Origin: an uncultured Nitrospiraceae bacterium
Lineage (GTDB): Bacteria > Hydrogenedentota > Hydrogenedentia > Hydrogenedentales > SLHB01
Length of the DNA: 64,000 nt
Direction: 5' to 3'
NCBI GenBank assembly: GCA_964402555.1
Contig: CAYOCT010000003.1
Location: 125,146-189,145 of the forward strand
Part shown: one piece after another, positions 1-10,556 of the stretch
How positions within the stretch are numbered: the stretch's first letter is position 1
Layout: the number at the start of each line of letters is the position of its first letter
Translations under genes and position numbers: made by a program
Notes under the pieces: generated by a model
What the model saw: only the letters and a program-made list of their open reading frames with translations
The model's database searches: none
What the model was told of the DNA's origin: nothing

Positions 1-954
<954 letters not shown>

Positions 955-1216
955 ATGGTTTTCCATTTCTTATCCTCCGTGCTTTCATCGTCGTCTCACG
1001 ACGCAGACTGGGCCTGCTGTCAGACGCCGGTGCGCGCTCGTTCAAGAGAAATCAACGAATGGGTCGACTTTGTCCGCCCATATGAAATAACCTCGCGAAC
1101 GCCAACGTCCTTCTTGAGGCGTTCCGCGCGGCACAAGCTACTCGTTCATGATGGCAGACACTTTGGGGATCTCGGACTAGAACTTCTGCAACACGTGTGA
1201 TAGCCCGCTCTGCGCG

Positions 1217-1672
1217 TCAGCCACCGAGAAGGGCATCGAGACCGGCCGTAGTGCGCCGGAGCGTGTTATTAGCCTGATTGCAGTCGTCGTTATCGAGATT
1301 GCCATCGATGTAGATGTCGGGATCATAGGACAGATAAGCGGAATACGCTTGTGGCTTGAATTCCTCGGCCAAATCCCATTCCCGTTCGTACGAGACTTCA
1401 ATGGTCGCGCCCACATCCAGCCCAAGAAACTCTTTCTTGGCTACCAGCGTAAAGTCTTCGTACAAGTATAGAGCCTGCTGCCCTTTGCCGGATATGAAAG
1501 GCGCCAGTCCTACATTCTGGGCAACAGCCGTGATCTTCACGGTGCCGGCAAACTCAGAGGTGGTCGAAACGAGCTCGTATCGAATCTCCGTAGCCATCGG
1601 ATCCGGCCCTTCGCACGGGCATCCGGCCAAAAGGGGAAGAACTAACAGAAGTGCCCAGGCATTGTGTCTCAT
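1217..1672 (-). CDS. small secreted lipoprotein, hypothetical
   Basis: 151-aa ORF. N-terminus MRHNAWALLLVLPLLAGC is a signal peptide with a lipobox. No recognisable catalytic motif. Confidence 0.55.
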   Translation of the reverse strand: MRHNAWALLLVLPLLAGCPCEGPDPMATEIRYELVSTTSEFAGTVKITAVAQNVGLAPFISGKGQQALYLYEDFTLVAKKEFLGLDVGATIEVSYEREWDLAEEFKPQAYSAYLSYDPDIYIDGNLDNDDCNQANNTLRRTTAGLDALLGG

Positions 1673-1969
1673 TGCATCGTCTCCTCACTGGTTGGGTCCG
1701 CTTTGGGATCGAAGTCCCGGTGCAGACCGTGTTGGAACTGCGTACAAGACATCACGTTACTCCGCCCTACGCTTGGGAACTGCTTACTAAACAAAGACTC
1801 GCAAAGGTGTGTCGCCAATGTGACGGCGCATTACCCGAACCTGCACCTTCGGAAGACTGCGCGCGCGTTGCGCCACCTGCCCCAGATCGCGCGCATTCCT
1901 GCCATCCCAGATGAACACATTATACCACGGGCGCTAATGGCGGTGCGCTCGCTGTAAAACCGAGATTCG

Positions 1970-3541
1970 TTATCTCCCTGATTGACGTATGAGTTGCCTG
2001 AGCGATTTGATTTCGCTCTCTAACGCGGTGATCCGCGCGTCTTTCTCTTCCAGCCGCTGGGCGAGACCTTGTATAGCCGCGAGCGCGATCCCGGACGCAT
2101 CGACCGTGCAGATACCCGTGTCCGAGTCCCCGAGGCCAAAGGCGGCATAAACGTCCTGGGCCATGGGGCCCATATGGCGAACGCCGCCTTGTTCGGCCTT
2201 GTACTTCCACGTGGTCACGGGGATGCACGCAACCTTGTCAAGGACGTCGCACGGGTTGACGGGAACCATATCCTGTTTGGATTCCCGGCTGCTCAAATCG
2301 GTCCAGGCCCCGGAACCTGCGGACAGCCGGGCGCCCGTGTTGGCGTCCGCGTTCGTGTAGAAATAGAATCCACCACTGGCCCGTGCCATGAAGCGATTGG
2401 AGGCATTGTTGTTGAGGTCGCTGTCGGTGGAATCGGCCCACGTAAACGCACCGATAAAGTTCGACTTCGCGCGCCTGCCAGCGGCAAAGCTGTACGTCCC
2501 TGCGGCCTCATTCGCCGATCCTCCCGGAACCGTCGCGGCGATGCCGGAGACCACATTGCCATATCCGCCGGACACCGTGGACTGCGGCCCAATAGCGTTG
2601 TTGTTATAGCCGCCGCCGACGGTTGCGTAATCCCCAATGGCACTGTTAGTGATGCCCCCGGCGACGGTCGAGTCCAAAGCCGTTGCGATATTCGACTCGC
2701 CGCCCCCCACCGTAGCGTAGTCGTCCGTTGCCTCGTTGTATTGTCCTCCCGCCACGGTCGCCGCGGAACCCGAGGCCTGGTTGATGAGGCCGCCCCCCAC
2801 TGCGGCATGAGCGCCCGAAGCAATGTTGTCCTGCCCTCCGGCAACGGTCCCATACGATGTGGGGGCCACGGAATCGCCGGCACGGTTGTTCGCTCCGCCG
2901 CTAACCGTACAGTAGGAGCCTAGTGCGCGATTCCTGGTCGCTGCCGGGTTGAACCCCGGGCTCCTCGGTCCCCCACCTGCCACAATCGAATACTCGCCTT
3001 GCGCCAGGTTGTATGAGCCGCCGGCCACGGTCGAGTAGTTGCCCTGCGCCACGTTGTACGACCCGCCGCCTACCGTGGATAGGGTTCCCGATGCAGCGTT
3101 GATCAGGCCGCCGGCCACCGTGGACCGGATCCCGCCGGCGGAGTTACGGTAGCCGCCGGCGACGGTCGCTTCCAAGTTACCGGCCGTGTTGCCTGCGCCT
3201 CCGCCTACCACGCCGTAGTGTCCCAATACCTGGTTGATCCAGTTCGCGTACCCGCCGCCCGAGATCGCCGCGCCATAGACGGCAGCGCCCGAAACGTTGC
3301 TCGCGCATCCGCCGATCACATTGGGACTGTTTTGCATCGGTTCGAGCCGCAGCGCTTGGATGGCGTTGACTTTGAACACCAGCGCCTGGTTATCGGTGGT
3401 TCCAACGAAGTTCGCGGCAGGCGTCGTTCCCGCATTGCCGGCGAGAGTCCAGTCGCTGTCATTACCCGCTTGTGCGGAGCATGCGGCTACAACAAGGAGT
3501 GCGCCCATGATCACATGTAGCATGTTCTTTCCGTTCCTCAT
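1970..3541 (-). CDS. secreted Gly-rich repeat protein (Hep_Hag/tail-fibre-like repeats) with a C-terminal peptidase S74 intramolecular-chaperone domain
   Basis: Signal peptide MRNGKNMLHVIMGALLVVAACSAQA. Many TVAGGxxNxAxGxxS repeats. C-terminus SSRESKQDMVPVNPCDVLDKV...WKYK...GVRHMGPMAQDV...TVDASGIALAAIQGLAQRLEEKDARITALESEIKSLRQ matches the chaperone-of-endosialidase (Peptidase_S74) pattern. Start chosen at the internal Met; the ORF extends to 3595. Confidence 0.65.
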   Translation of the reverse strand: MRNGKNMLHVIMGALLVVAACSAQAGNDSDWTLAGNAGTTPAANFVGTTDNQALVFKVNAIQALRLEPMQNSPNVIGGCASNVSGAAVYGAAISGGGYANWINQVLGHYGVVGGGAGNTAGNLEATVAGGYRNSAGGIRSTVAGGLINAASGTLSTVGGGSYNVAQGNYSTVAGGSYNLAQGEYSIVAGGGPRSPGFNPAATRNRALGSYCTVSGGANNRAGDSVAPTSYGTVAGGQDNIASGAHAAVGGGLINQASGSAATVAGGQYNEATDDYATVGGGESNIATALDSTVAGGITNSAIGDYATVGGGYNNNAIGPQSTVSGGYGNVVSGIAATVPGGSANEAAGTYSFAAGRRAKSNFIGAFTWADSTDSDLNNNASNRFMARASGGFYFYTNADANTGARLSAGSGAWTDLSSRESKQDMVPVNPCDVLDKVACIPVTTWKYKAEQGGVRHMGPMAQDVYAAFGLGDSDTGICTVDASGIALAAIQGLAQRLEEKDARITALESEIKSLRQLIRQSGR

Positions 3542-3669
3542 CTCCTGTCCCTCCCTGCCACTCAACTCTAGCCACCTAGAACTCGCACTGCGCATGCGCT
3601 TAACGGACTGGCCTCGGCCCGGTACCCGGCAGGCCTTATCTCCAATCTGACCACGCCATGCAAAGCTCC

Positions 3670-4635
3670 CTATTCTTGAGGTTCATAGAGCGCCAAGAAT
3701 CCTGGGCCGCTTAGTCCGGTGTGCGGACCCCGGATCGTCCCGTCCGGCGCTACCTCCCCGTCGCGAATGGCGATATGTCGGTAGATGTAAATAGCGTTTC
3801 GGGTTGCGTCCGTTATATATCCGGTGCCGTCCGAACCAACGATGAGTCCTCCCAACGTCTCGGCGTTGGGAATGGTCAGGACAGCGTCGGGATCCACGTC
3901 TCCCGAAAGTTGGGAAACATGATGATAGATAGCAACGTCATGGGTGGTATTCGTCGCATAGAGATTGTCATCGGCGTCGATGAAGAAACTCCCCACCCGC
4001 CATGAAGGACCGAGCTTGATCGTGATAACCAAGGGACCGGAGTAAGCATAGATGTCGCCGTCAAGCCGGTCTTTCACGTAAAGTCTGGCGCCGGCGTACA
4101 TGGCGCCAGCAGGAATATCCAACTCCTCGTCGGCTGCGGAGGCCGCTGCAAGAGGAACTGGTCCGTCGAACGTATCACCCGTGGGATCGGCGTACGTCTT
4201 GAAGCGGTTGTCGTCGCTGTCGACAAGGAGCAACCACTCCTCCGTGGGGCCAAAAGCCATACCCCCTATGATATCAGAGAGGTCCTCGAGTTCTGCGACG
4301 CGGTCGGGCGACTGGTTGCCATCGGCCTCGGATGCGTTTTCGAAAACGATGACGGACGTGCCCGCTAGAACGTAGAGCGAACCGTGGGAATCCGTCAGCA
4401 AAGGCCCGGCCCATATGCCTATTTCCGTATCTTCACCTTCCAGCCACGTATCCGGACGCACATCCCCTTTGGCGTCAGCGGGTTCGCGAAACGACACGAT
4501 GCGAGCGATCGAGTCAGAATAGTCATCGGACACGAACAAGACCGTTCCCGTGTTTGCCTTGATACAGCCGGACACGAGCACACACAAGGCTGTAATCCCC
4601 AATACCATTATCGAAGAAGTTGTCTTTTGGGCCAT
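3670..4635 (-). CDS. lipoprotein, probable beta-propeller fold, hypothetical
   Basis: 321-aa ORF with signal peptide and lipobox (MAQKTTSSIMVLGITALCVLVSGC). Repetitive Asp/Gly-rich strand-like segments. Confidence 0.5.
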   Translation of the reverse strand: MAQKTTSSIMVLGITALCVLVSGCIKANTGTVLFVSDDYSDSIARIVSFREPADAKGDVRPDTWLEGEDTEIGIWAGPLLTDSHGSLYVLAGTSVIVFENASEADGNQSPDRVAELEDLSDIIGGMAFGPTEEWLLLVDSDDNRFKTYADPTGDTFDGPVPLAAASAADEELDIPAGAMYAGARLYVKDRLDGDIYAYSGPLVITIKLGPSWRVGSFFIDADDNLYATNTTHDVAIYHHVSQLSGDVDPDAVLTIPNAETLGGLIVGSDGTGYITDATRNAIYIYRHIAIRDGEVAPDGTIRGPHTGLSGPGFLALYEPQE

Positions 4636-5460
4636 TCACACTCCCTCCTGAGTGTTGGTCGGCCTCTGCCGGTTAACGGGGGATCACATCTCCACTAACC
4701 TCTCACCGAAATGTATGTCGATGCACGCCATCGAATGGCTTCGATTCTTCCACGCCGTCCGCATGGTCTCCCCTCCCTCCAGTGGTAACTCGGGTGCAGC
4801 GGGACGTCTGAGCAGGCAATGCGGGGATCGGGTCGATAGCATGCCGTGACGGAATGCTATCGCCACCTGCGGCACGATCGTGACTACGGAAGCGTGGCCC
4901 GTTACAGCCTCAGGATGGGCCATCCCTACGATGTCAGCAACAAACGCGCGCGAATCGAACCCCAGGGGGATGACGGCATTACTGGCCAGAGCCAAGCGGG
5001 AATCAAGCGTACTTCGAGAAGAAAACATGTAGGCACTCCTCCCTTGCGCAAGTGCACTCCCGACTCCTCACACTGTATTGTATCATCGAAACAGTCAAAA
5101 GACAATCGCATCCGTTAGGAGGATTTGCTTCGCCGTCACAAGCTGCTGTTGAACCAGGGCGTTAAGCTCGGTCCTGGCCGCATCGTGTCGAATTACGGTC
5201 CGAGTCGCCGGTTGGTAGCAAAAGCCAAAGCCTTTGGCCAAAGATAGCTTCGTGATCTGCCGACTGGTGTCTCGCCCGGCACACGCTTGCATTGGTATCC
5301 GAAGTTGGTTGGCCAGAAGCCTTCTTCCGGAACGCCGGCAAACTCGTGCTCTCGCTTCGAGCCTTCCCGAGAATCGTCCTGTTCCAGATCGTCCTGTTCA
5401 TTTTCCCCCAACGGACTGCCTCGATTGCGCGTCATGGATCTTGCGGCAGATTCTATCCTC

Positions 5461-5490
5461 TTGACATCTACGAAGGTCTTCGTATATAAT
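5461..5490 (+). promoter_or_regulatory. sigma70-type promoter of the blaI-blaR1 operon with an embedded inverted-repeat operator
   Basis: TTGACA at 5461-5466, TATAAT at 5485-5490 (18-bp spacer; TATATA with a 16-bp spacer is also possible). The palindrome TACGAAGgtCTTCGTA at 5469-5484 lies between -35 and -10. RBS AAGGAG at 5505-5510, ATG at 5519. Confidence 0.7.
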
Positions 5491-5518
5491 CCTTCCGCTG
5501 GCATAAGGAGACTACCCG

Positions 5519-5908
5519 ATGCCTAAGAAAGCCCCGCCCAAACCAACCCAGGCCGAACTCGCGATTCTCAATGTCCTTTGGGAGAAAGGCCCGAGTACCG
5601 TGCGGACGGTGTTCGAGGCGCTTCAACAAGCACAGGACGTGGGATACACGACTGTGCTCAAGCTGATGCAGATCATGGCGTCCAAGGGCCTGGTGCGGCG
5701 GGACGAGCGCCAGAAGACGCATGTGTATACGGCGGCGTCCGGGGCGGAGCGCACGCAGCGCCAACTGGTGCGCGACCTGCTCGAACGGGCCTTTGGAGGA
5801 TCGACGGAACGCCTGGTCTTGCACGCCCTGGAGGAAAAGAACGTAACGCCGGAAGAACTGGCCCGCATCCGGAAGATGCTTGACGACTTGGAGGGTGAAC
5901 AGCGATGA
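5519..5908 (+). CDS. blaI: BlaI/MecI/CopY family transcriptional repressor
   Basis: 129-aa winged-helix penicillinase-repressor pattern (ELAILNVLWEKGPSTVRTVFEAL...GYTTVLKLMQIMASKGLVRR). Stop overlaps the start of the downstream M56 peptidase (ATGA at 5905). Confidence 0.85.
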   Translation: MPKKAPPKPTQAELAILNVLWEKGPSTVRTVFEALQQAQDVGYTTVLKLMQIMASKGLVRRDERQKTHVYTAASGAERTQRQLVRDLLERAFGGSTERLVLHALEEKNVTPEELARIRKMLDDLEGEQR

Positions 5909-7914
5909 ACATGCATCTGCTCGTATCGAACGGGGTCGCGCATCGCGTGGGGTGGTGTCTGGTTCACTTTGTGTGGCAAGGGGCGCTGGTAGCGCTTGTG
6001 CTGGCCATCGCGCTCGCGCTGTTGCGCACGCAGTCGGCGCGCCTTCGGTATGCGGTCTGCTTCGGCGCGCTCCTTCTGATGGCGGCAATGCCTGTCCTGA
6101 CGTATGGCGTCCAGACGGCATCGCTCGCGCCGGAAGAAGTCCGGGCCGACAGCCCGGTGGTGAAAGTGGCGCCGATTGCCGCGCCAGCGCAGCCTGCCCG
6201 CGCAGTCGAGACGCCGGTCCAGGCGCATGCCCGTTACCTTGTAGAATCGTCCTTGCCATGGCTGTGCTGGGTATGGCTGTGCGGCGTAGCGGCCTTCGCG
6301 TTACGCAACACCGTAGGCTGGTTCCGCGTGCGCGGTCTCGTCCGCAGAGATACCCGCGCGCTGGGCGAACCTTGGCGGTCTAGGCTGGACGCCTTGTGCG
6401 CATCGCTCAAGATTGAGAGGCAGGTTCGCCTGCTCGAATCCGCGCGCGTGACCATCCCGATGGCGGCCGGCGTCGTAAAGCCCGTGGTGCTCCTGCCGGC
6501 CTCGATTCTGACGCGCCTCGCGCCGGAACAAATCGAAGCCATCCTCGCGCACGAACTCGCCCATATCCGCCGCCACGATTTCCTGGCCAACGTGATTCAG
6601 ACCGTTGTCGAGACATTGCTGTTCTATCACCCGGCGGTCTGGTGGGTCTCGCGCCGGATACGCGAGGAACGCGAACATTGCTGCGACGACGTGGCCGTGC
6701 GCGTCTGCGGAAACAACATGGCGTACGCTCGCGCCCTTGCCTCGCTCGCCGGTCTGGCGATGGTTCCCTCAGGCATGGCCGTCGCCGCAACGAGCGGCCT
6801 GTTTCGGCGCGTGCAACGGATCGTGGGCGCGCCGGAAAAGCGTGCGTTCGGCGCGGGACCGTCGTTCGCCGCTATATCGGCGTTCGCGGTGGTGTTGGGC
6901 ATGGCGCTGGTTCCCCACTTCGGGTGCGCCAGTGGGGACTTGACGGCCAAGGTCGCCAAGATCGACATCGACCACGCGACGCGCGACGACCTGATCGCCG
7001 CGTTCGGGAATCCCGTTCGATATGCGTGGGACGGACAAACCAATCTCGACCCCAACCACCTTCCTTCGAGCTATTGCATCGATTTTCCGCACGGCGTAAA
7101 CGTCTACGTGCCCGACGGCACGATTCTCGAACTGCGTTTCTCGCAGCCCAACTACACGTTTCGCGGGAAGATCCGTGTCGGCTCGACGCTGGACGACGTA
7201 CTCGCTACGATAGGCCAGCCGGACCAGACCGTCGTGGGGCAGCCGCTCGGTTTCTACGACAAGGTCCTGTACAAGGACATCGACGGCAAGCAAGGATATT
7301 GTTATTACGCGCGCGAGGACTGTTCCGTGCGGCTGTGGTTCAACAACTATGAAGTGAGCGCGGTATACGTTACGCGGAGCGATTACACGGACGGCGCGCA
7401 TTCGCCAAGACTGCCCGGAGCGCCGATCAAGGATCTGACACCGGTGGTCGAATCGATCGCCATCGATACCGCGACGCAGGAAGATGTGATCCGCGCCTTC
7501 GGGACCCCGCGGAAATTCTCGATGGGCCAGCGCCGCCTCGATCCGAACAACCTGCCGGACAGCTACACCATCTCGTTCCCCGACGACGTGGATGTGTGGA
7601 TGGTGAATGGGCGTGTTCGATCAATGGGTTTCTGTTCGCCCAACTACACCTTCCGCGGAACGATCCGCGTCGGCTCGACCCTCGACGAAGTCATAGCCGC
7701 GCTGGGCCAGCCATCGGAGGTCGTCACAGGCCAGCCGACCCAAACTCCCGAAGGCCAAGTCGTCAAACGCAAGAGCGGCGTGCTCTACAGAGACCTCAAC
7801 GGGCGTAAGGGAACTGCGTTCTACCGAAGAGACGATGCCCACATCCTGATGAACTTCGAAGATGACAAAGTATGGCGGCTCGCGGTAATGCGAATCGATT
7901 ACGTCGCCCCTTGA
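5905..7914 (+). CDS. blaR1: BlaR1-type M56 family membrane metallopeptidase / signal transducer with a duplicated non-PBP C-terminal sensor domain
   Basis: N-terminal TM helices. HEXXH zinc motif AHELAHIRRHD and downstream FYHPAVWW, typical of peptidase M56. The C-terminal approximately 300 aa are two tandem approximately 140-aa repeats (…PNYTFRGKIRVGSTLDDVLATIGQP… and …PNYTFRGTIRVGSTLDEVIAALGQP…) rather than a transpeptidase-like domain. Confidence 0.8.
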   Translation: MNMHLLVSNGVAHRVGWCLVHFVWQGALVALVLAIALALLRTQSARLRYAVCFGALLLMAAMPVLTYGVQTASLAPEEVRADSPVVKVAPIAAPAQPARAVETPVQAHARYLVESSLPWLCWVWLCGVAAFALRNTVGWFRVRGLVRRDTRALGEPWRSRLDALCASLKIERQVRLLESARVTIPMAAGVVKPVVLLPASILTRLAPEQIEAILAHELAHIRRHDFLANVIQTVVETLLFYHPAVWWVSRRIREEREHCCDDVAVRVCGNNMAYARALASLAGLAMVPSGMAVAATSGLFRRVQRIVGAPEKRAFGAGPSFAAISAFAVVLGMALVPHFGCASGDLTAKVAKIDIDHATRDDLIAAFGNPVRYAWDGQTNLDPNHLPSSYCIDFPHGVNVYVPDGTILELRFSQPNYTFRGKIRVGSTLDDVLATIGQPDQTVVGQPLGFYDKVLYKDIDGKQGYCYYAREDCSVRLWFNNYEVSAVYVTRSDYTDGAHSPRLPGAPIKDLTPVVESIAIDTATQEDVIRAFGTPRKFSMGQRRLDPNNLPDSYTISFPDDVDVWMVNGRVRSMGFCSPNYTFRGTIRVGSTLDEVIAALGQPSEVVTGQPTQTPEGQVVKRKSGVLYRDLNGRKGTAFYRRDDAHILMNFEDDKVWRLAVMRIDYVAP

Positions 7915-8155
7915 CGGAACGACCTACCTTTTCAAACGACAGGATGACGGGATTTCACGGATAACAACGAACGTCGTTGGGCTATTGCCCGTAGCGCTAC
8001 GTGAACAACGGTATCAGAACCAGGTGTCATCGAGATGGGCCATGCTCGGATGATTGCCGCGTTAGTTGCTTCTCTCTATCGTGATAGCTATCCTGAGTAT
8101 CCTGTTATCCTGTCCACACAATTAGACTTGCCCGTAACAAGGGGGAGAAAGCGAT

Positions 8156-8794
8156 GTGAAGTTATCCCACATTACGCATGACGCCGTCGTGTCCGCGATT
8201 GCCGAGTTCGACAAACTCGGACAAGATCGATTCTTGAAACGATACGGTTTCAAGAAGGCTATACGTTACTATTTGATATACGACAACAAATCCTACGATT
8301 CAAAGGCCATTCTCGGAGTGGCTCGCAAGTTCGTCGACAGAAGAGATGGCCCCCTTGGCGCTGGCGACTTCAGCGGCGGCAAATCAACTACAGACCAGCT
8401 CCGCAAGCTGGGATTAGAGATCGCGGAACGATGGGTTGACGCGTCGGCTATGACTACGGAGAAACGACGATACAAGGACTTTGGCAAGGCTCCGAATGAC
8501 AATGTCAACGAACTTCAAACCTTTGCGAGAAGAGTGCGACGCGGGCAGCAGAGATTCCGCGACAACTTGATGAGGGCATACCAATGTTCCTGTGTTGTAA
8601 CCGGGCCCGGCCCGGGCGAAGTACTCGAAGCCGTTCACATTGAACCGCACGCGGAGTCCGGGATTAACAAACTGGGCAATGGTCTGCTTATGCGAGCGGA
8701 CATTCATGTATTATTCGATGCGCATCTTTTGGGAATCGACCCGCGTTCCATGGAGATTGTGGTGAACGGGAAACTGAAAGACACCTTGTACTAG
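8156..8794 (+). CDS. HNH endonuclease (HNH_2 / McrA-like, restriction-type) with an uncharacterised N-terminal domain
   Basis: GTG start with GGGGGAG RBS. C-terminus CSCVVTGPGPGEVLEAVHIEPHAESGINKLGNGLLMRADIHVLFDAHLLGIDP has the HNH C..C…H…N…H pattern. Sits in a lower-GC stretch. Confidence 0.7.
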   Translation: MKLSHITHDAVVSAIAEFDKLGQDRFLKRYGFKKAIRYYLIYDNKSYDSKAILGVARKFVDRRDGPLGAGDFSGGKSTTDQLRKLGLEIAERWVDASAMTTEKRRYKDFGKAPNDNVNELQTFARRVRRGQQRFRDNLMRAYQCSCVVTGPGPGEVLEAVHIEPHAESGINKLGNGLLMRADIHVLFDAHLLGIDPRSMEIVVNGKLKDTLY

Positions 8795-8924
8795 CGGTTT
8801 TCAGGGAAGAAACTCCCCCGTCGCGTCGATGGGCAGTACCCCGATCTCTACTACTTGGAACGGCGATGGAAAGCGTGGTCGCGCAATCCGAACGGATGAA
8901 CGTGATCGTGCCTGCCAATCAAGC

Positions 8925-8953
8925 TTGACACGCGGACCAAACCAAGGCATAAT
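8925..8953 (+). promoter_or_regulatory. candidate sigma70 promoter upstream of the DUF4143 ATPase gene
   Basis: TTGACA (8925-8930), 17-bp spacer, CATAAT (8948-8953). AT-rich context 45 bp upstream of the ATG at 8997. Confidence 0.45.
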
Positions 8954-8996
8954 TCTTACCAAATAAGGTACAAACTGGAAAGATAAGTTACCGGTC

Positions 8997-10316
8997 ATGT
9001 CGCTACTCGATGCACTCAAGTCCATCGTTTTGGATGCCCAGGAGTTGCCTTGGGACACGGGCACGCCCCGTCTGCTCTCCATGGCGCCGGTCCGCGGCAA
9101 GGCGGCTGTATGTATCGGGGTGCGCCGCAGCGGCAAGTCGACGTATCTCCTTCAAGTCATGCAGGGTCTCGTGGATCGTGGAGTTTCCCGAAAGAACATT
9201 CTCTACCTGAACTTCTTCGACGACCGTCTGCACGTGTTGCGCCGTGAGAATCTCGGTCTTATCGCGGAAGCCTACTTCTCGATGTATCCAGAGAAGAAGA
9301 ACACGGAAACGGTATACTGTTTCTTCGACGAGGTCCAGGCGGCCCCGGGCTGGGAACCGTTCGTTGACCGCCTGATGCGGACCGAACGATGCGCCGTGTA
9401 CCTGACGGGTTCGTCGGCGCGCATGCTCTCGAAAGAAATCGCCACGCAGATGCGTGGCCGGGCGCTTTCTTGGGAACTGTTTCCGTTCTCGTTCCGGGAG
9501 TTTCTCGATTTCAAAGGCGTCGAGCGGACGGGCTCATTGTCGACCAAGAGACGCCTCCTAGTTCAAAAGGCCTTCGAGGACTACTGGGAAACCGGCGGGT
9601 TTCCCGAAGTGGCCGGCCTGGACGCGCCGTTGCGCATCAAGATTCACCAGGAGTACTTTCTGACCATCCTGTTCCGCGACCTGGTTGAGCGATACGACAT
9701 CGCCCATCCGAGAGCCGTGAACGACTTAGCGCATTGGCTGATCGACAACGTGGGTTCGTTCTACTCGGTGAACCGGCTCACCGAATACCTCAAGACGCTG
9801 GGCCACAAAGTCCCCAAGTCGGCCGTCGCCGATTATCTCACGTGGTTCGAAGACGCGTACTTCCTCTTTACGGTGCGGATCTTCGACGCGTCGCTCGCGC
9901 GAAGCAATACGAATCCGAAGAAGATCTACTGCATCGATCACGCCATGGTCGCCTCCGCATCTTCTGGGATACTGGCGAACTCGGGACATCTGTTGGAGAA
10001 CTTGGTTTTCGTGGCGCTCAGGCGTCTCTACCCGAACGTCTATTACTACAAGACACGATCGGGGCGTGAAGTCGATTTTGTCGTTTCGCCGCGGGGCCGA
10101 TCCCGAAAGTTGATTCAAGTCTGCGAGTCGCTGGCGGCGCCACAGACCCGTAAGCGGGAAGTGGCGGCCTTGGCGGAAGCCATGGCCGAGTTGAATGTCC
10201 GCGAAGCCGTCATCGTAACGCGCAACGATAGCGGCAGCATCGAAGAGGAAAGCGGGACGATTCGCGTGGTCCCGGCGTGGCAGTTCTTGGCCGACATGCC
10301 GGACTCGATCGTGTAA
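8997..10316 (+). CDS. AAA+ ATPase with C-terminal DUF4143 (predicted restriction-endonuclease-like fold)
   Basis: Walker A GVRRSGKST, Walker B YCFFDEVQ. C-terminal region with conserved E/D/K pattern typical of the AAA_14–DUF4143 family. Confidence 0.7.
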   Translation: MSLLDALKSIVLDAQELPWDTGTPRLLSMAPVRGKAAVCIGVRRSGKSTYLLQVMQGLVDRGVSRKNILYLNFFDDRLHVLRRENLGLIAEAYFSMYPEKKNTETVYCFFDEVQAAPGWEPFVDRLMRTERCAVYLTGSSARMLSKEIATQMRGRALSWELFPFSFREFLDFKGVERTGSLSTKRRLLVQKAFEDYWETGGFPEVAGLDAPLRIKIHQEYFLTILFRDLVERYDIAHPRAVNDLAHWLIDNVGSFYSVNRLTEYLKTLGHKVPKSAVADYLTWFEDAYFLFTVRIFDASLARSNTNPKKIYCIDHAMVASASSGILANSGHLLENLVFVALRRLYPNVYYYKTRSGREVDFVVSPRGRSRKLIQVCESLAAPQTRKREVAALAEAMAELNVREAVIVTRNDSGSIEEESGTIRVVPAWQFLADMPDSIV

Positions 10317-10556
10317 GCTCGCCAGCGCCGGCCGAGTACACGGAGTGAGGCGTCAACCGGATCCTGAATATCCCAGCGCCGATCGACATTAGTGCGGCAC
10401 GTCGAGCCGGAACACCACGCGCCGGGCCTGAGGAAATCGGCGTCATTCTGATTCCCTCATTCTTTTCGCCGCGACAACTCCCCGGCGCGCCCATTGCGTG
10501 CGAAAACGAGGGTGCACTATAATGCTAAAAACTAGTTCCTTTCAGCACGCAGATCA

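Noticed and set aside
4684-5504. Small ORFs (4684-5028-, 5193-5504-) between the lipoprotein gene and blaI
   Set aside because: No RBS, signal or motif support. The region more plausibly holds the blaI promoter/operator and a terminator for the upstream genes.
5468-6383. ORFs 5468-6259(-), 5623-6228(-) and 5880-6383(+) over blaI/blaR1
   Set aside because: Overlap the clearly motif-bearing BlaI and M56 frames and translate to low-complexity Arg/Ala/Pro-rich sequence.
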